From: the human T2T-CHM13v2.0 reference genome, Homo sapiens
Assembly (NCBI RefSeq): GCF_009914755.1
Contig: NC_060941.1
DNA: 64,000 nucleotides
Reading direction: 5' to 3' (one strand)
A model generated the notes under the pieces. It was not told the DNA's origin. It searched no databases and saw nothing but the letters and a program-made list of their open reading frames with translations. The number at the start of each line of letters is the position of its first letter. The stretch's first letter is position 1. Below are positions 33,432-50,156 of this stretch, one piece after another. Both the position numbers and the translations under genes were made by a program.

Positions 33432-34271
33432 TAGATCTCTTCTTAGGAAGAAGAGGAAAGAGAAGCAAAAGACAGAATTTTTGCCCTTAGGGGACTCATA
33501 ATCTAGGCAGTGAGAAGGATTCACAGTGAGAAGGATTCACATTAGAGGACCATACCAACCAATGCAATGAAGTGGAAGAACAAGCCACTTGTGTGAAGTA
33601 CAGTATCCAGTTCCCTCCTTGGGCTTTCTTTACCCAGAGAGAAAGCTCAGCATCTCCCTGAGAATCTTTATATCAGAAACCGATTTTCCCTTTTCTCTGT
33701 GTTCCTACAGACCTGTTTTGAAGCTGTTCTCATGGCCTCATTTGATTATGAGTCAGTCTTTTTTATTAGACAGTGAATCCCTTGAAGTTGTTACTGTGTT
33801 AAGCCCCATGCCTGGCACATGGTAGGTGCTTTGTAGTGAACGTTAAGACCAGAATATTGCATGATGTTTGATCCCTGGGTCAGACCCATTCAGTGGCTAT
33901 AGCAAACGTGCTCCAATCCTTTTACTCTGGCTCAGGCTGACACCCAAGTTCACTTCGTGTGGTTACCTATGGAGATGCCTATATATCAGTCAGAGAGCTG
34001 AGGTCCCAAAGAATATCAGTGGTATTATTCATGACTCAACAAAGCCTGTTCCCTTTCAAGAAGGACATTCCTGTCTCAGATAATGGAATTCCTCTGCTGC
34101 AGTGAGATCTATTTGACGGGGAAGTCATCACCACTTGGACATCCTTTTGTTGAAAGTGCACTGAGCACGTGTGCTCTGCAAGTTGCCATGGGGGGTATGG
34201 AAAAGCAGGAGACAGAACCTCTGTCCTCATGAGGCTCGCTTTTCAGCAATGGAGGGAAGACATGTGTCAAT

Positions 34272-34706
34272 TGTAGGAGATTGATCAGAGTGGTGGGAAA
34301 AATTACAGGGAAAGGAGCAGGTCTTCTGAAAGGTTGGAAGGCTCCGCATAGCGCTGGGGGAGAATAGCTGAAGGCAGCTGTTCTATAACCCTGAGTATGT
34401 GCAAGGGACTGAGGGGGAAGCTATCTTGATCAAGCTTGTTTACTTATATTGACCAGGAACTGACCTTCGATCATCCTTGCGCATGAGGTTCCCTGAAAGG
34501 GGAACAATAAATGTTAATTACCTGCAGGTTGTGTTGCCTCCAGGTTTTCCGCATTGTGCCTGCACTGAATAAAAGCAAGCAGCTCCAGCTTCTCAGGGCT
34601 GCTCTCTGGCCACTAGAGCCAGGCAGTCACCTAGCTGCTCTTACACTGCATACCTGTGTCTGAGTAATTTCACCTGTCAGCCAAGGTCTGAGGCACAGAC
34701 CCGGCA
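34272..34706 (+). mobile_element. Solo ERVK LTR, LTR22-like (HML-5)
   Basis: TGTAGGAGAT...CAGACCCGGCA with TG..CA ends, AATAAA at 34506 and 34568, 6-bp TSD GTCAAT/GTGAAT. Confidence 0.8.
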
Positions 34707-35794
34707 GTGAATGTCATGATACAAGGAAAAGGAGGCAAAGGCCCAGAAAGTAGATGTAAAGCACTGGGAACCACAATGAAGGGGGTGATAGCATCGAGAG
34801 CTTGCTTAAGAATGGGACCTTTCACTCTGGCTCTCTCATGGTTTTGTTGACAAGAGGAGATGGGGAACTGTTTTGCCTGGGAACAATGTAAGTTCTGCAA
34901 GGGTGTCACTAATCTGTGTTTTCTGGAGTACCTAGCACATTGCTTGAGCCATATGTTTGAGATGTGGATTCTTTACTCCCAAACAGCTCCAGTACCATAG
35001 TCAGTTTACTTTCCAAATGTCCATTTATGTGACATCAACAGTAGGAATGGCTAGGAAGCAGGAGATGGAGGTGATAGGCCCGGATACTCTCCTGCTGTGT
35101 GACCTTAGATGACTTGGATTTCCTATCTGAACCTCAACATTCTCACTTGTAAAGCACATGGAGTCATTGAGTTGTCATGCAAACCAAAGGAGATGACAGA
35201 GACAAGAGTGCTGGAATTTTGGTGGCCAGATCTGCTCACCCACTGACTGCCATGAGGTCAAGGTCAGGCTTGGTGGGAGGTTCCTTCCACCCTGGGCACC
35301 AAAGCCCAAGATTGACATCTGGAGCCTTAGTACATCATCATGGGCTCTGCCAAGGAGAAGAATGTTCATTGGTTCCAGGATTGAGTGGACCCCAACAGCA
35401 TCTCCCTCAAGGAGCACAGAGTCTTTCATCTAAGAAGGAAAGAACCACAGCAGATTTGCCTGGGACAGTGAGTCAGTGGTAGTTGTTACATGCCAAGGAA
35501 GGCAGTTGTTTGTTGACTTTTGTTATCTACTTTTCATTCCAAGAAACAGAAACTGGATATGCTCAGTAGGAAGATATTTTTAAATATTCAGATTGAACAG
35601 TGGCATTTGAATGGAAACTTTTTCCTGGAGCCTTTACCAATTCTGTTTTGTGCCAAAAGATACACTCGATTTTTTTCTTGTTAGCTATTTTTATTCTTTA
35701 ACTTACTGATCAATTTCGATACCCAAAAGTATGTGAGACAGTCCTTTGGGCACCAAGAAAACCAGAGTGTCCACTTGCAGACCTACAGCCCAAG

Positions 35795-36073
35795 ATCTTC
35801 ATCAACACTGTCATCATCGTCATTGCTGTCATCATCATCGCTGTCATCATCATCACCATGACTGTCATCATCATCATCACCATCACTGTCATCATCATCA
35901 TCATCACTGTCATCATCATCATCATCATCACTGTCATCATCATCATCATCATCACTGTCATCATCATTGTCATCGCTGTCATCATCATCACTGTCATCAT
36001 CATCATCATTCTCATCATCATCATCATCACTGCTGTCATCATCATCATCATCACTGCTGTCATCATCACCATC
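35795..36073. repeat. Degenerate (ATC)n trinucleotide tract with a higher-order (A/G)CTGTC(ATC)n unit
   Basis: Seen directly; source of the poly-H/D/M/I/S ORFs. Confidence 0.97.
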
Positions 36074-36074
36074 A

Positions 36075-36290
36075 GAACTCACCACCTACTACAGACTTCC
36101 TCCAGGCCAGGCATTGTGTCAAGTGCTTTGTATACATAATATTAATATCTCTAATTCCTACAAAATCCCTATAAGGTGAAGATTAGCTTCTCCGTTTTTC
36201 AGATGAGCCTTATGAGGCTTGGGATATCGATTGACTTGCTCAGGGCTGCACAGCTTGTAAGTCGTAACACTTGGATTTGAACCATTGCCT
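36075..36290 (-). mobile_element. MIR
   Basis: GCCAGGCATTGTGTCAAGTGCTTT...CCGTTTTTCAGATGAG...GACTTGCTCAGGG. Confidence 0.75.
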
Positions 36291-36445
36291 TTCCATGTCA
36301 TGTGCATTGAAGACGATGTTGACCTGCTTCGCAGTGGTCCTACCTGTTTTGGGGTGCGCTATCATTCCTCCCCACCCCACCTTCTGGCTTCTTGTAATCA
36401 CAGCCTTCGATTTTTATCTGATGGTCCACCATCCCCTAGATCTCA

Positions 36446-37090
<645 letters not shown>

Positions 37091-37399
37091 TTATTCACCA
37101 GACAACCCTCTTCTCTGGACAGAGGCTCCTAGGAGATGCCAGAATTGTTGAGGCCATCTGGCCCTGTCTATGTGACCTTAAGTGGCTTGTTGCCCATCTC
37201 TGGGGCTCAGCCTGTCTTCTGTGCAAGGAAGGACGAGGACTTGATGGTCTCAAGGACACTTCCAGTTTTGACCTTCTACTTCCTAAGGGTATTTAATCTA
37301 CAGGCAGACAAGGGATGGCCCAGCCTGCCCCACATCTGTTCGTGGTGAGCACAGCAGTTTCCAGAGAGAAGCCATTTGCCCAGGACCCAGCAGGAAGAG

Positions 37400-37585
37400 C
37401 AATAAAGAAATCCCTCAGCTTCCATATTCTAATTAAATCAGCACAAATTTAATTTGGATGTAATTTTTAAAGCATGACCCATAAAAATATCCACAAGCAC
37501 TGCTCTATTGGGCCTCCTGGAGGAAAGATGGCCTCAGAGGCCAACAAAAGGCCTGATTGGCGCTTTAATCAATAGGTATCTGCGA
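37400..37585. promoter_or_regulatory. Candidate enhancer
   Basis: CTAATTAAATCAGCA, CCATAAA, TGATTGG and AATCAATA in a non-repeat island. Confidence 0.35.
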
Positions 37586-37693
37586 GGAGACAGTAGAAGG
37601 CTCCAGGGGATCTGTGTGTGCTCAGGAGGGCGTTCCTGTGAAACCAGGGATGCGAAGGGCACCAGGACAAGGTAGAGTCAAGAAGACACTGTG

Positions 37694-38071
<378 letters not shown>

Positions 38072-38409
38072 CTAAAGTGACAGCAGTGTAAGATCAGCCC
38101 GAAGTGGGCATGGATGACCATTCCAGAGGCTGGAAGATCGACAGGCTGCACAGTGGGGTCACTAGCTGGGGGCTTGTCGAGTCCCTTAATCCACCTAAGA
38201 CTCAGTTTTCTTGTCTCTAAAATAGGAATTCTGATACCTGCCTTGTGCACCTCATAGAGTGGTTTTGGAACCAAGGCTGGGATGAAAGCCCCTTGGAAAT
38301 GGTAAAGTCTCCTTCAAAGGCTAGAGGGCGCCAGGTCACCATCACCTCCTTATTAGTTGATCTTTTCCCAAAGGGGGCTTCAACGTTTCTACCCAGAGTT
38401 TATCCTAGA

Positions 38410-38660
38410 GGTAGCACAATGCAGTGGTCCAGTCTTGGCCTCCAATGGAGACCGCTTGGGTGAAAAGCCTGGCTCTGCCACTGTCTGGTGGTGGAGCCCC
38501 ACACAAGCTTCTTAACTTCCCTTGGCCTCCCTTTCCTCATCTGTAAAATGGAGATGATGGACGTGATACTTACCTCCTAGGGATATTGGGAGGATTTTAA
38601 AAATCCACTTGTGTGAAGTGCTAAGCTGTGGGCCTGCCCAAAAGCAGGTGTTTGTAATTA
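38410..38660 (+). mobile_element. MIR
   Basis: MIR core TTTCCTCATCTGTAAAATGGAGATGATG. Confidence 0.75.
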
Positions 38661-39246
38661 CTGCAGTCGTGCCTGCCAGCCAGTTTCACTCCTCCTCCTC
38701 ACTGGCACTGCTGCAATTCAGAACAGCCTTGCCCATGGATGCTCACCTGGACAGTGGGACCTTCCCGCACCCCCTGCCTCCAGGGCCTCCTCTCCATCCC
38801 AGCCTCCTTGCCAGCTGCCAGAGGGTGGCTTACAAGGCCTGCTGCTTCCCTGGCCCCTTAGCATAGAGTCCTCCCTGCTGGGCACGGTACTCACAGCTTT
38901 TGCATAATCTGGCCCAAACACGCACCTCCAGCTTCACCTCCTTCCGCACCCACTCCATTCTCTAGCTGCTCTGAGCCGGCTTCCTGCTCCCTAAAGCCCA
39001 TGTCCATCACATCTTTGTTCATTCACTTGCACCACACTCACATCTTAGAGTGTTTCCTCCCCATTACCTCTGTCACCCTGGAAAACTCCAACGGTGCTTT
39101 CAACCCTGATTGCTCCATCTGCCACCCCAGTCTCTCGTGAGTGGCTCCTGGCCTCCTTTTCCTGTTATATTCCCACCTTCTCCTGTTCACATACCACATT
39201 TTAGCAACACCAACTGCTCACAGGCTTCCCTGGTTTGGGCTGATGA

Positions 39247-40460
<1,214 letters not shown>

Positions 40461-41410
40461 TTGCAGGAGGCCCTCATTTTATAGGAGAGAAACTGAGGCT
40501 CAGACCAGGCAATGGAATTGCCCAAGATCCTGCAGCTAGTCAGTGGTGGAGCCTCAATTAGGACTTGGGCTCTGGACACCACACAAAGGAATGAACTTCC
40601 AGAAACATCCTCCTTTTGCCCAGCCAGAGTCAAATTAATGACAAATCTTCCCTTGACCTCTGTCTGATCGGTCTTTGTCCAACCTTGGGAAACACTTGTA
40701 TTAGTTTCTACTTTGCTAAGAAAGAAAAAAAAAAACTCATAATAAAAGTTACTGGCTAATAACAAGTATCTTGTGTCACGGAAATTTTGCATATATTCTT
40801 CAACAATAAAAATGAAAACATGTTTTCCTTTAGTAAAGGAATTTCTGTTCTACTGCACTTATCACCCCTGGGAAGGAAATCTGATGTACCTTGACTCTAT
40901 TTTATGACCATCTTGGAGAACAGCGATGTTGTCAATGGAAGCATGAAGAAACTATAGGAATAAAATTAGACAGAGATGGAGACAATGATACTAAAATAAA
41001 TATCATTTGAAATTGGATTTTGTGGTAACAGCACAGCAGTCGTCACTGGGAGCGTGAAGGTCACGCGTCAGACATGGAGAACACCAGGCCCTGGTGCCAA
41101 AACATTTTGCTTCCAAAAGCATGGTCCTCCCTGGACTGCTTTCAAGGTTGCCTTTACCTGTAACACCTCCATCCACACAAGGCACGGTCAGTGCAGAAAC
41201 ACGTGACAAGGCTGACACACAAAGATGGGCGAGTCGGGGCACGGGGAAGGAAGTTCACCTGTCAGGCCAAACTCAGATCACAGCCGCCAGGTGAGCCACT
41301 GGGTGGTGCCAGAAAGGTTCCTGCAGATGTCCTGGCAGAGAAAGGTGGAGAAAGATCCCCGCCTAGTGGAACAGACAGTGGTCAGGAGATAAGGGAGATC
41401 CCAACACTAG

Positions 41411-41780
<370 letters not shown>

Positions 41781-42478
41781 TACCAGACTTTAAACTTCTT
41801 GACAGCTATAGCTTTTTCTCTGATTATCTTAATATTTCCAAAGTTTAGAAATGTTCCTAACACATAGTAGGTACTCAATAAATGTTAGTTTTTGAGTCAA
41901 TGACTGAATGAATCCTGGGAACATCATCCCCAGCCAAGCCAGAGCTCAGCTTGTCCAGGCTGCAGCAGACTATCTGGCAGTAGATCACCCAACCCAGTCC
42001 AGCCTTGAAGAACCCCTCCCACCAGATTCCCCCTCCATGAAGCCTCTTCTAGTTGCTCCAGGGGGGCTCTCTAGTCTTTTTTAAAAAATATCCTGCTTCC
42101 TTCAGAGTAAGCCCCATACAATCAGGCAAGTATTCCTGGAGTTCTCTTGGCAACTTCCTCTCCCCGTGGTACATCAGTCACCAAAGCCCTCTCCACTCCA
42201 CCTTCCAAGTCCCCTTCCCCTGCCTTAGGCCAAATCCCATCTTCTCAGCCAGTCTCCCTGACTTCAGACCTACTACCTTGTAGCAGGCAGTTTTCAGTTG
42301 GTTATGCTGCAGTAACAAACAACCTCTCAGTTTCAGAATCTTGCAACAGCAAGATCTAGTTGCAACTCTCCTGCACTGGCGGGATCCAGGATTCAGGCTG
42401 GAGCAACAGTCTCTGTCTGAGACATGCCATTTTCCTAGCAAGAAAAGGCGAGAGAGCAGCACAAAAATGCAATGCCTC

Positions 42479-43018
42479 TGTGGTGGTTTTAAAATCTTTT
42501 TTACAAATGTTTTTATACTCCTTGCTTCGAGAGGTGGAGTTTAATTCTCCTCCCCTTGAGTATAAGTTGGAGTTAGTGACCCACTTATAATTACCAGCCC
42601 ATAGCAGAACTGCTGGTGTGTAGTCTCTGAAAATAGGTCATAAAAGCACTGTGGCTCATTCTTGGATCTTGGAGCACTGCTCTGGGGCAGGCCAGCTGCC
42701 ATGTCACTAGGACACTCGGCATCTTTATGGAGGAGACGTTGTGGTGAGGGACGGAGGCCTCCTGCCAACAGCCAGCACTACTGGCTATGTGAGGGAGCCA
42801 CCTTGGAAGCAGATCCTCCAGCCCCAGTCAAGTCTTCGGATGACTGTGGCCCAACTGATATCTTGGCTGAAACCTCAAGGGTGACTGAGCCAGAACCAAC
42901 CGGCAATGCTCCTCCTAGACTCCTTTCCCAGAGAAACTGTGTGAGATAATAAATATTTATTGTGTTGGGCCACTATGTTTAAGGGTAATTCATTATGCAG
43001 CAGTAGATAACTAACACA
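42479..43018 (+). mobile_element. MLT1F-like LTR nested in an older antisense MLT1
   Basis: TGTGGTGGTTTTAAAA...GATAACTAACACA, TSD GCCTC/GCCTT; host fragments at ~42280-42478 and ~43020-43210. Confidence 0.8.
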
Positions 43019-43516
43019 GCCTTTTAAAGCTTCTGGTCAGAATTGGTGTATGTCACTCTACTCTCATTTAATTGGCCAAAACAGATCACAAGATCAGCCT
43101 GGCATCAAATACCTATGGAAACATTGCAAGTCATAGAGGAATGGGTAAGGAAATATAGCCTGCTTACAGGAAGAGGGAGTGAATGGTTAAGCACAATAGT
43201 AGAGTTCACCATATCCTACCCCAATTCGTCCTGTTCCTTCTCCCACCATAAAACACAAAGTTGACCATATCAGCTTCCGTTCTTAAAACACTTTAGTGGC
43301 TCTTCGATGCCTCCAGCACAAAGTGTTACCTCTTCCATCAATCCTTCCAGGCTTCCATGTTCTTCCTCTGCCTCAGTGCCACCCTCTATCAGCTTGTGAC
43401 TCTATCCTGTGCTCTGATTTGTCTGTTCACCTGTGCATCTCCTTGATAGCAGAGACCACACTGATTCATCTTTCTCTCCTGATTTCTCTGCACAGGGTCA
43501 GATGGTCTAATTTTGT

Positions 43517-43572
43517 GATGAATGGATGGATGACTGGATGGATGGATGGATGGATGGATAGATAGATAGATG
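43517..43572. repeat. (GATG)n-(GATA)n microsatellite
   Basis: Seen directly. Confidence 0.93.
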
Positions 43573-44525
43573 GGTAAATGGAAGGCTGAATAGATGCAGG
43601 GAGGGACAGGCAGCAGAGAAAGTATGGGGATAAATGAGCAGCAATCCTTTGGAGTTTTGCAGCTGTTGCATATGTGAGCCTTCTCTCTCTGACCAGACAA
43701 GCAACTTCTACCTCCGAACCCTGGCCTGGGAATCAGGAATCAAAAGGTGTGTGTTAAAGTCTTGGCCTTGTCTTGTAATGGTTTTGTGGCATTGGGAAGG
43801 TTCAAAGTTTTAATCACTAGTGAAAGTTAAAAATGCCTGAGGAACAAAATCAAAATGAATGAAGATCTGATACAGTGCCTTACAGACTGATATATACTGC
43901 GCCTGTGAGGTGTGCCCCTCTCCAGCCTCTCCCATGTGCTGCAAATAAGCATAGAGGTGGACTGTCAGTGTCCTATGTCCCTGAGAACCTTGAGTAAACC
44001 ACAAGCTGCCCTTAGGACCTGGCTGTGAGACTGCAGGACAAGGGCCTGGACAATGGAGGAGAAACAGATACCTGGAACTGTCACCAAAGGCCCCTACAAC
44101 TCCTCTGGAGGGCAGCCTCAGGATGGGAATAACTTTGGGCTCTCCTTTCTTTATCATAACAGTCACAGTGGTGATAGTGGCCACCACCATTCTCTGCAGG
44201 CCACCAGGCACTGGTCCACAGAGCTCTGGGAGATGAGCAGCACACGGCTGTCTACCCTGCCATGCGGGTAGATTCACAGAAGCCATGTGTCTTTGGCCTG
44301 ACTCTGTCTTCCTGGCTAGAGCCCATTGGTCCAGACAGGAACATTTGACCCCAGGTGAGCTTTAAATGTTGAACAGAGAGTTTTGGAGCCAAGTCACATC
44401 AAGGGTGGGGTGGTCTGGAAGGTGCCAAAAACCCCTGCTGATTACAACAATTTTCCTTGTTGCTCAAACTCATTAGAGATGGTTTTTGTCATTTGAAGCT
44501 AAAGGATCCTTTAAACCTCATGACA

Positions 44526-44847
44526 GGCCGGGTGCAGTGGCTCACGCCTGTAATCCCAGCACTTTGGGAGGCCAAGGCAGGTGTATCACAAGGTCAGGAG
44601 ATGGAGACCATCCTGGCTAACATGTTGAAACCCCGTCTCTAATAAAAATACAAAAAAATTAGCCAAGCACGGTGGTGCGTGCCTGTAGTCCCAGCTACTC
44701 CGGAGGCTGAGGCAGGAGAATGGCATGAATCTGGGAGGCGGAGCTTGCAGTGAGCCAAGATGGCACAACTGCACTCCAGCCTGGGTGACAGAGCGAGACT
44801 CCATCTCAAAACAAACAAACAAACAAAACAAAACAAAACAAAAAAAA
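44526..44847 (+). mobile_element. AluY-like
   Basis: GAATGGCATGAA, GAGCTTGCAG; TSD AAACCTCATGACA. Confidence 0.95.
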
Positions 44848-45361
44848 CCTCATGACAAACCAGCAAAAAAAAAAAAAAACCACAACATTTTATTGTGCCC
44901 ATTTCACAGATAAAGGAACTAAGAAGCTTAGAGCTGTATCGACCAGCTCAAGTCCCTCAGCTAAGAAAGTACAGAGGAAAAGTAGTGCCTCACCAGTCCC
45001 ATTATCTCAACAGTCCTCACAATAGCCCCACTGTGAGGACTGGCAGAGCAGCATGTTCATTCCCAATTTGCAGATGAGAAAACTGAGGCTCCAAAAAGAG
45101 AAGTGACTTTCCCAAGGTCATACCATGAGCAAGCAACCGAAAGGACCCAAACCAAAGTTTTCAGACTCTTGTCCAAGGGCTCTTTGCCCTGCCCCTGCCC
45201 CCTACTCCCAGGATCCCTTCTGCTAGCAGCTCCCCTAAAGTGCTGACCTTGTGCCCTGAATCTACCTACTCACTCAGAGAGAAGTTATGTGGCCTTGGAG
45301 CTACTTCCTGAACAAGCAAAGGAACAGCTGCTGGCCCCAGCCTAGGAGAAGAGAGAGCCTT

Positions 45362-45792
45362 TGTAAGAGTTAAAGAAAGAGGAAAGAAACTCGAAGTGTG
45401 CCTCAACAGTCAAAGACAGGTTTATTTTAGAGAAATAAATCTGAGAGGGGCTTCTGGCCAATTTCGGTCAGGAGCATTGTCTCTTACAGACTAAGAGTAT
45501 ATATTGGTTTTAGGGTGAGGGGGCTTATCACAAGCTTGGAATATTTCTGTGTTAGGGAGAAGTTTTATGGCGGGGTTGGAATGTCTCTGGTCAGAGGGGA
45601 GTTATCTCAGGGCTGGCATGTCTCTGGTTGGGGAGGGGTTTGAAATGTTTCTGGTTGGAGATGTGATTTGTGGTTTATGGTCCTGCTGACCTTAGCCATT
45701 AGGCTGATATCTTTTGGATTTAGGCAGTTTTTGATCAAGGTGGACTTAAAATGACAGTGCTTGTCCAAGATGGCAATACTCCTGCTCTGTCA
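45362..45792 (-). mobile_element. Solo ERV1 LTR, MER61-like
   Basis: Reverse complement starts TGACAGAGCAGGAGTATTGCCATCTTGGACAAGCA and ends CTTTAACTCTTACA; GCCT-containing TSD. Confidence 0.8.
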
Positions 45793-46669
45793 GCCTCATG
45801 CAGGGTGTAGGCCCTGGTCCTGCAAACTTCCAACCTCAGTTATTAGTATCTTGCAGCATCATTGCAGCAGGACACTCGAGCATCATCCTGGCCACTAGAG
45901 CTGTGCCTGCAGGGCCTCAGTTACAGCCATTAGGTTTGGGGCCTGGGAAGTGAGGCTCAGGCGAGGTGCTTTGGGCATCCATCTCTTGGACACCTGCATG
46001 CAGTGAGAACCTTGGCTGAACACTTCTACCATAATGGGTTAGGAAATGTGCCCAAAGGCAGAAGCCTGCTTCCTGGGAGAGGCTGGAGAACTAGGACTCA
46101 TCCACCAAGAGACTGCAGACCCATTTTGTAGTGAAAAGTGCTCTCCAGAATTTAACCAAATGCTCACCAGCGTCCCCAGCAGAGGGGAGGAGCCCAAGGA
46201 CCTCTGTCCTCTCTCACATCACCTCTCTCTTCCCTGCCTGTTGCTCCAGGACATGTTTGTGAGCCTGTCAAATCACTCAGGGAAAACTAAAGTGACAAGT
46301 AGCCTGGATGTCGGCCCTCCCTTCCTCTAAAACCTGCTGTGGCTCCCCATTGTCGAGAAGGTGAATAACCAACCAAAATGTCTTTGATTTACACCCACAC
46401 CATGTTTAGTATATTTCCTCTAATTCTTACCACAATCCCATGTAAGAATGGAAGAAGTTCCCATATCACAGATGAAAAACATTAGGCTAAAAAAGATGAG
46501 TCCACTAATTGACAAGGCCAGAATGGGAACACAGGTCTTGATAATATCAACTATTAACAATGACACCGATATCAATACCTGTTCCCAGAGTCGCGCCTAA
46601 CGTGTATTCTATTTATTGAAGGAGATGCTAACGGGGAAGGTGTCCTGGCATCTCAGTTTCAGCAGTGGC

Positions 46670-47220
46670 TCCAGGTTCAGTTACCTATGAATAGCTGCAT
46701 CACAAACAGTCCAGAACTGATTTGCTTTAAACCGTGATGATTTATTATTTCTCATGACTCTCTGGGTTGACTGGGCAGACCTTCTGCTCCATGTCCGTCA
46801 TCTCAATTGTTTGCGTGGCTGCATTCAGGTGGTTGACGGGCAGAAGGTCTGAGAAGGTCTCTCACATATTGGAGCCAACTGTCGGCTGGCACACTTCTGC
46901 CCTCCTCCTTTGTGGCCTCTCCATGGGGCATCTCATCCCCCAGGGCCTCTCAGCATGGCCTCTTTCCCCAGCAGCATGGCCTGACTTCCTTACAGCTTGG
47001 CAACAGTGTTCCAGGAGGGAAAGAAAACAGCATCTTAAGGGCCAGGCCCAGAATTGGCATGGCATTACTTTCACTACATTCCATTGATCAAAGCAGGTTG
47101 TAAAGCCAGCCCAAAGGCCAAGGGAGGAGGAGTAAACCCTCTTTTGATGGGAGGAGTGGCCTGTGCATGCATGGATGGAGGAATTACTAGTGGCTATCTT
47201 TGGAAACCACTTTCTACAGA
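46670..47220 (-). mobile_element. Old MLT1 LTR
   Basis: TTTATTATTTCTCATGACTCT...GGCCCAGAATTGGCAT...CCATTGATCAAAGCA. Confidence 0.7.
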
Positions 47221-47834
47221 TGCAAAGCTGAGAGCAGAGGGTGTTTGGTGTCCACATACCCTGTAGAGCTGTTGCATCATCTCTGAAAGACTTGCAGAAG
47301 GATGACCAAAAAAAATCACACCTGGCAACCCTTCATCCATCACCCACCTTGAAAGCATGGAAAGAAAGGCTTGAAAATTAATGAGGAGAGGATGGAGCAG
47401 GAGGATGTTTTTTGAGAGGGGGTTTCTGGCGTCATGTGCTATTCTCTCTTCTCATGGAGAAAGGAGGTGCTTCCCTGTCACAAGCTTGGTTCAAGTCATC
47501 TGAATCTCAGGGCTGCAGGGGCTGGTACCTCACTGACACCATAAAAGGCTCAAGTGATGGCTAAAGGAATAACACAGCAAGAAGAGGGGGCTGCAGCAGT
47601 TTCACTTCCAGGAGGGCAGACGAAGGCATGGACCCTTCCCTCCAGAAGGAAGTTGTCTTGAAAGGGCCTCCACCCAGAGATCCACCATAGGTCTGTTGGG
47701 AGACAGACAGCAGGAAGCCAGGGGCTGAGAGGAGCCTCTTAAGCTGAGACCATGTATCCCAGGGAACCGCCCATTACCCAAGAAACCCTCCAAAGGGTCC
47801 CATGAGTGAAAGGATCAGGGTTTGAAATGCACCA

Positions 47835-47849
47835 CCCCAAGAGGGCGCC
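47835..47849 (+). promoter_or_regulatory. Putative CTCF motif
   Basis: CCCCAAGAGGGCGCC resembles the CCASYAGRKGGCRS core. Confidence 0.35.
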
Positions 47850-48319
47850 AGCTCCAGCTGGTAACTCCACGGATCACGTGGTTCAACCCCTTGCCTCTCC
47901 TCCCTCCCTCAGCTCCAGACCTGGGAAAACCCACACAGAAGAGGTAGAGAAGGAGGAGGTGCAGAAACTCAATGGTAGCAAGCATCAGGAAGCCCAATCA
48001 TGACCATTTTTCCCCAAGGCAGGTGTCCTAGCCTGAAGGGGGCCCAAGCTAAGGGGTATTTGGGAAGAGAAAGTTGTTTTGAATTGGTTGTGAGACTAAA
48101 GTTTCGATAATATAGAAAACGGGACTTTTTAATGACTGGGGGGAAGATGAGCTACTTATTAATTCCTAAGATTGTACAGAAAAGCTAAAGATCTGCTGAA
48201 GATTTCATCTGGGAACAGGAAAAAATTATTGAAGAGAATGAATTAATGGGGTAAATATTAAATTACTTTCTGCTTGCAGCCTAACAATTCCAGCTCATTC
48301 TATAAACTGGTTACATATG

Positions 48320-49457
<1,138 letters not shown>

Positions 49458-49823
49458 CCATACTTCCTCTTATACCCCCAAGGAATATAATTGTAAAAGC
49501 CACACATGACCAAGACATGCCCCACTGGGCTATCAAAGGAGCCCAGAAGCACATAGTTAAGTGCAATATTTCACACACACCAGTTGGTAAGGGGCTTGGG
49601 AAGAGCCTCCTTCGCCACAAATTGCAGGGGCAGGGCTGCCCACTTGCTGAAGGCTCCACAATTGGTTCTCTGGCATGATGGGCCCCTCTCCACCCGCCCC
49701 CCGGCAGCTGGTAGAAGATCCTCCTAAAATCCCATCAATGAAAACCAGGACGGTTAGGGTCCGTTTCCCTCCTGAACAAGGAAAGAGGGCTCCTCTGTGA
49801 TTGTCTGTGATTTATGATTTTGA

Positions 49824-50156
<333 letters not shown>

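Noticed and set aside
35710-36179. His/Cys-, Asp-, Met-, Ile- and Ser-rich ORFs
   Set aside because: All are frames of one (ATC)n repeat. The His-rich ORF begins at TTG and runs into a MIR, and there is no promoter or splice context.
38318-38333. CTCF-like GGCTAGAGGGCGCC
   Set aside because: Lacks the conserved 5' CC of the core motif.
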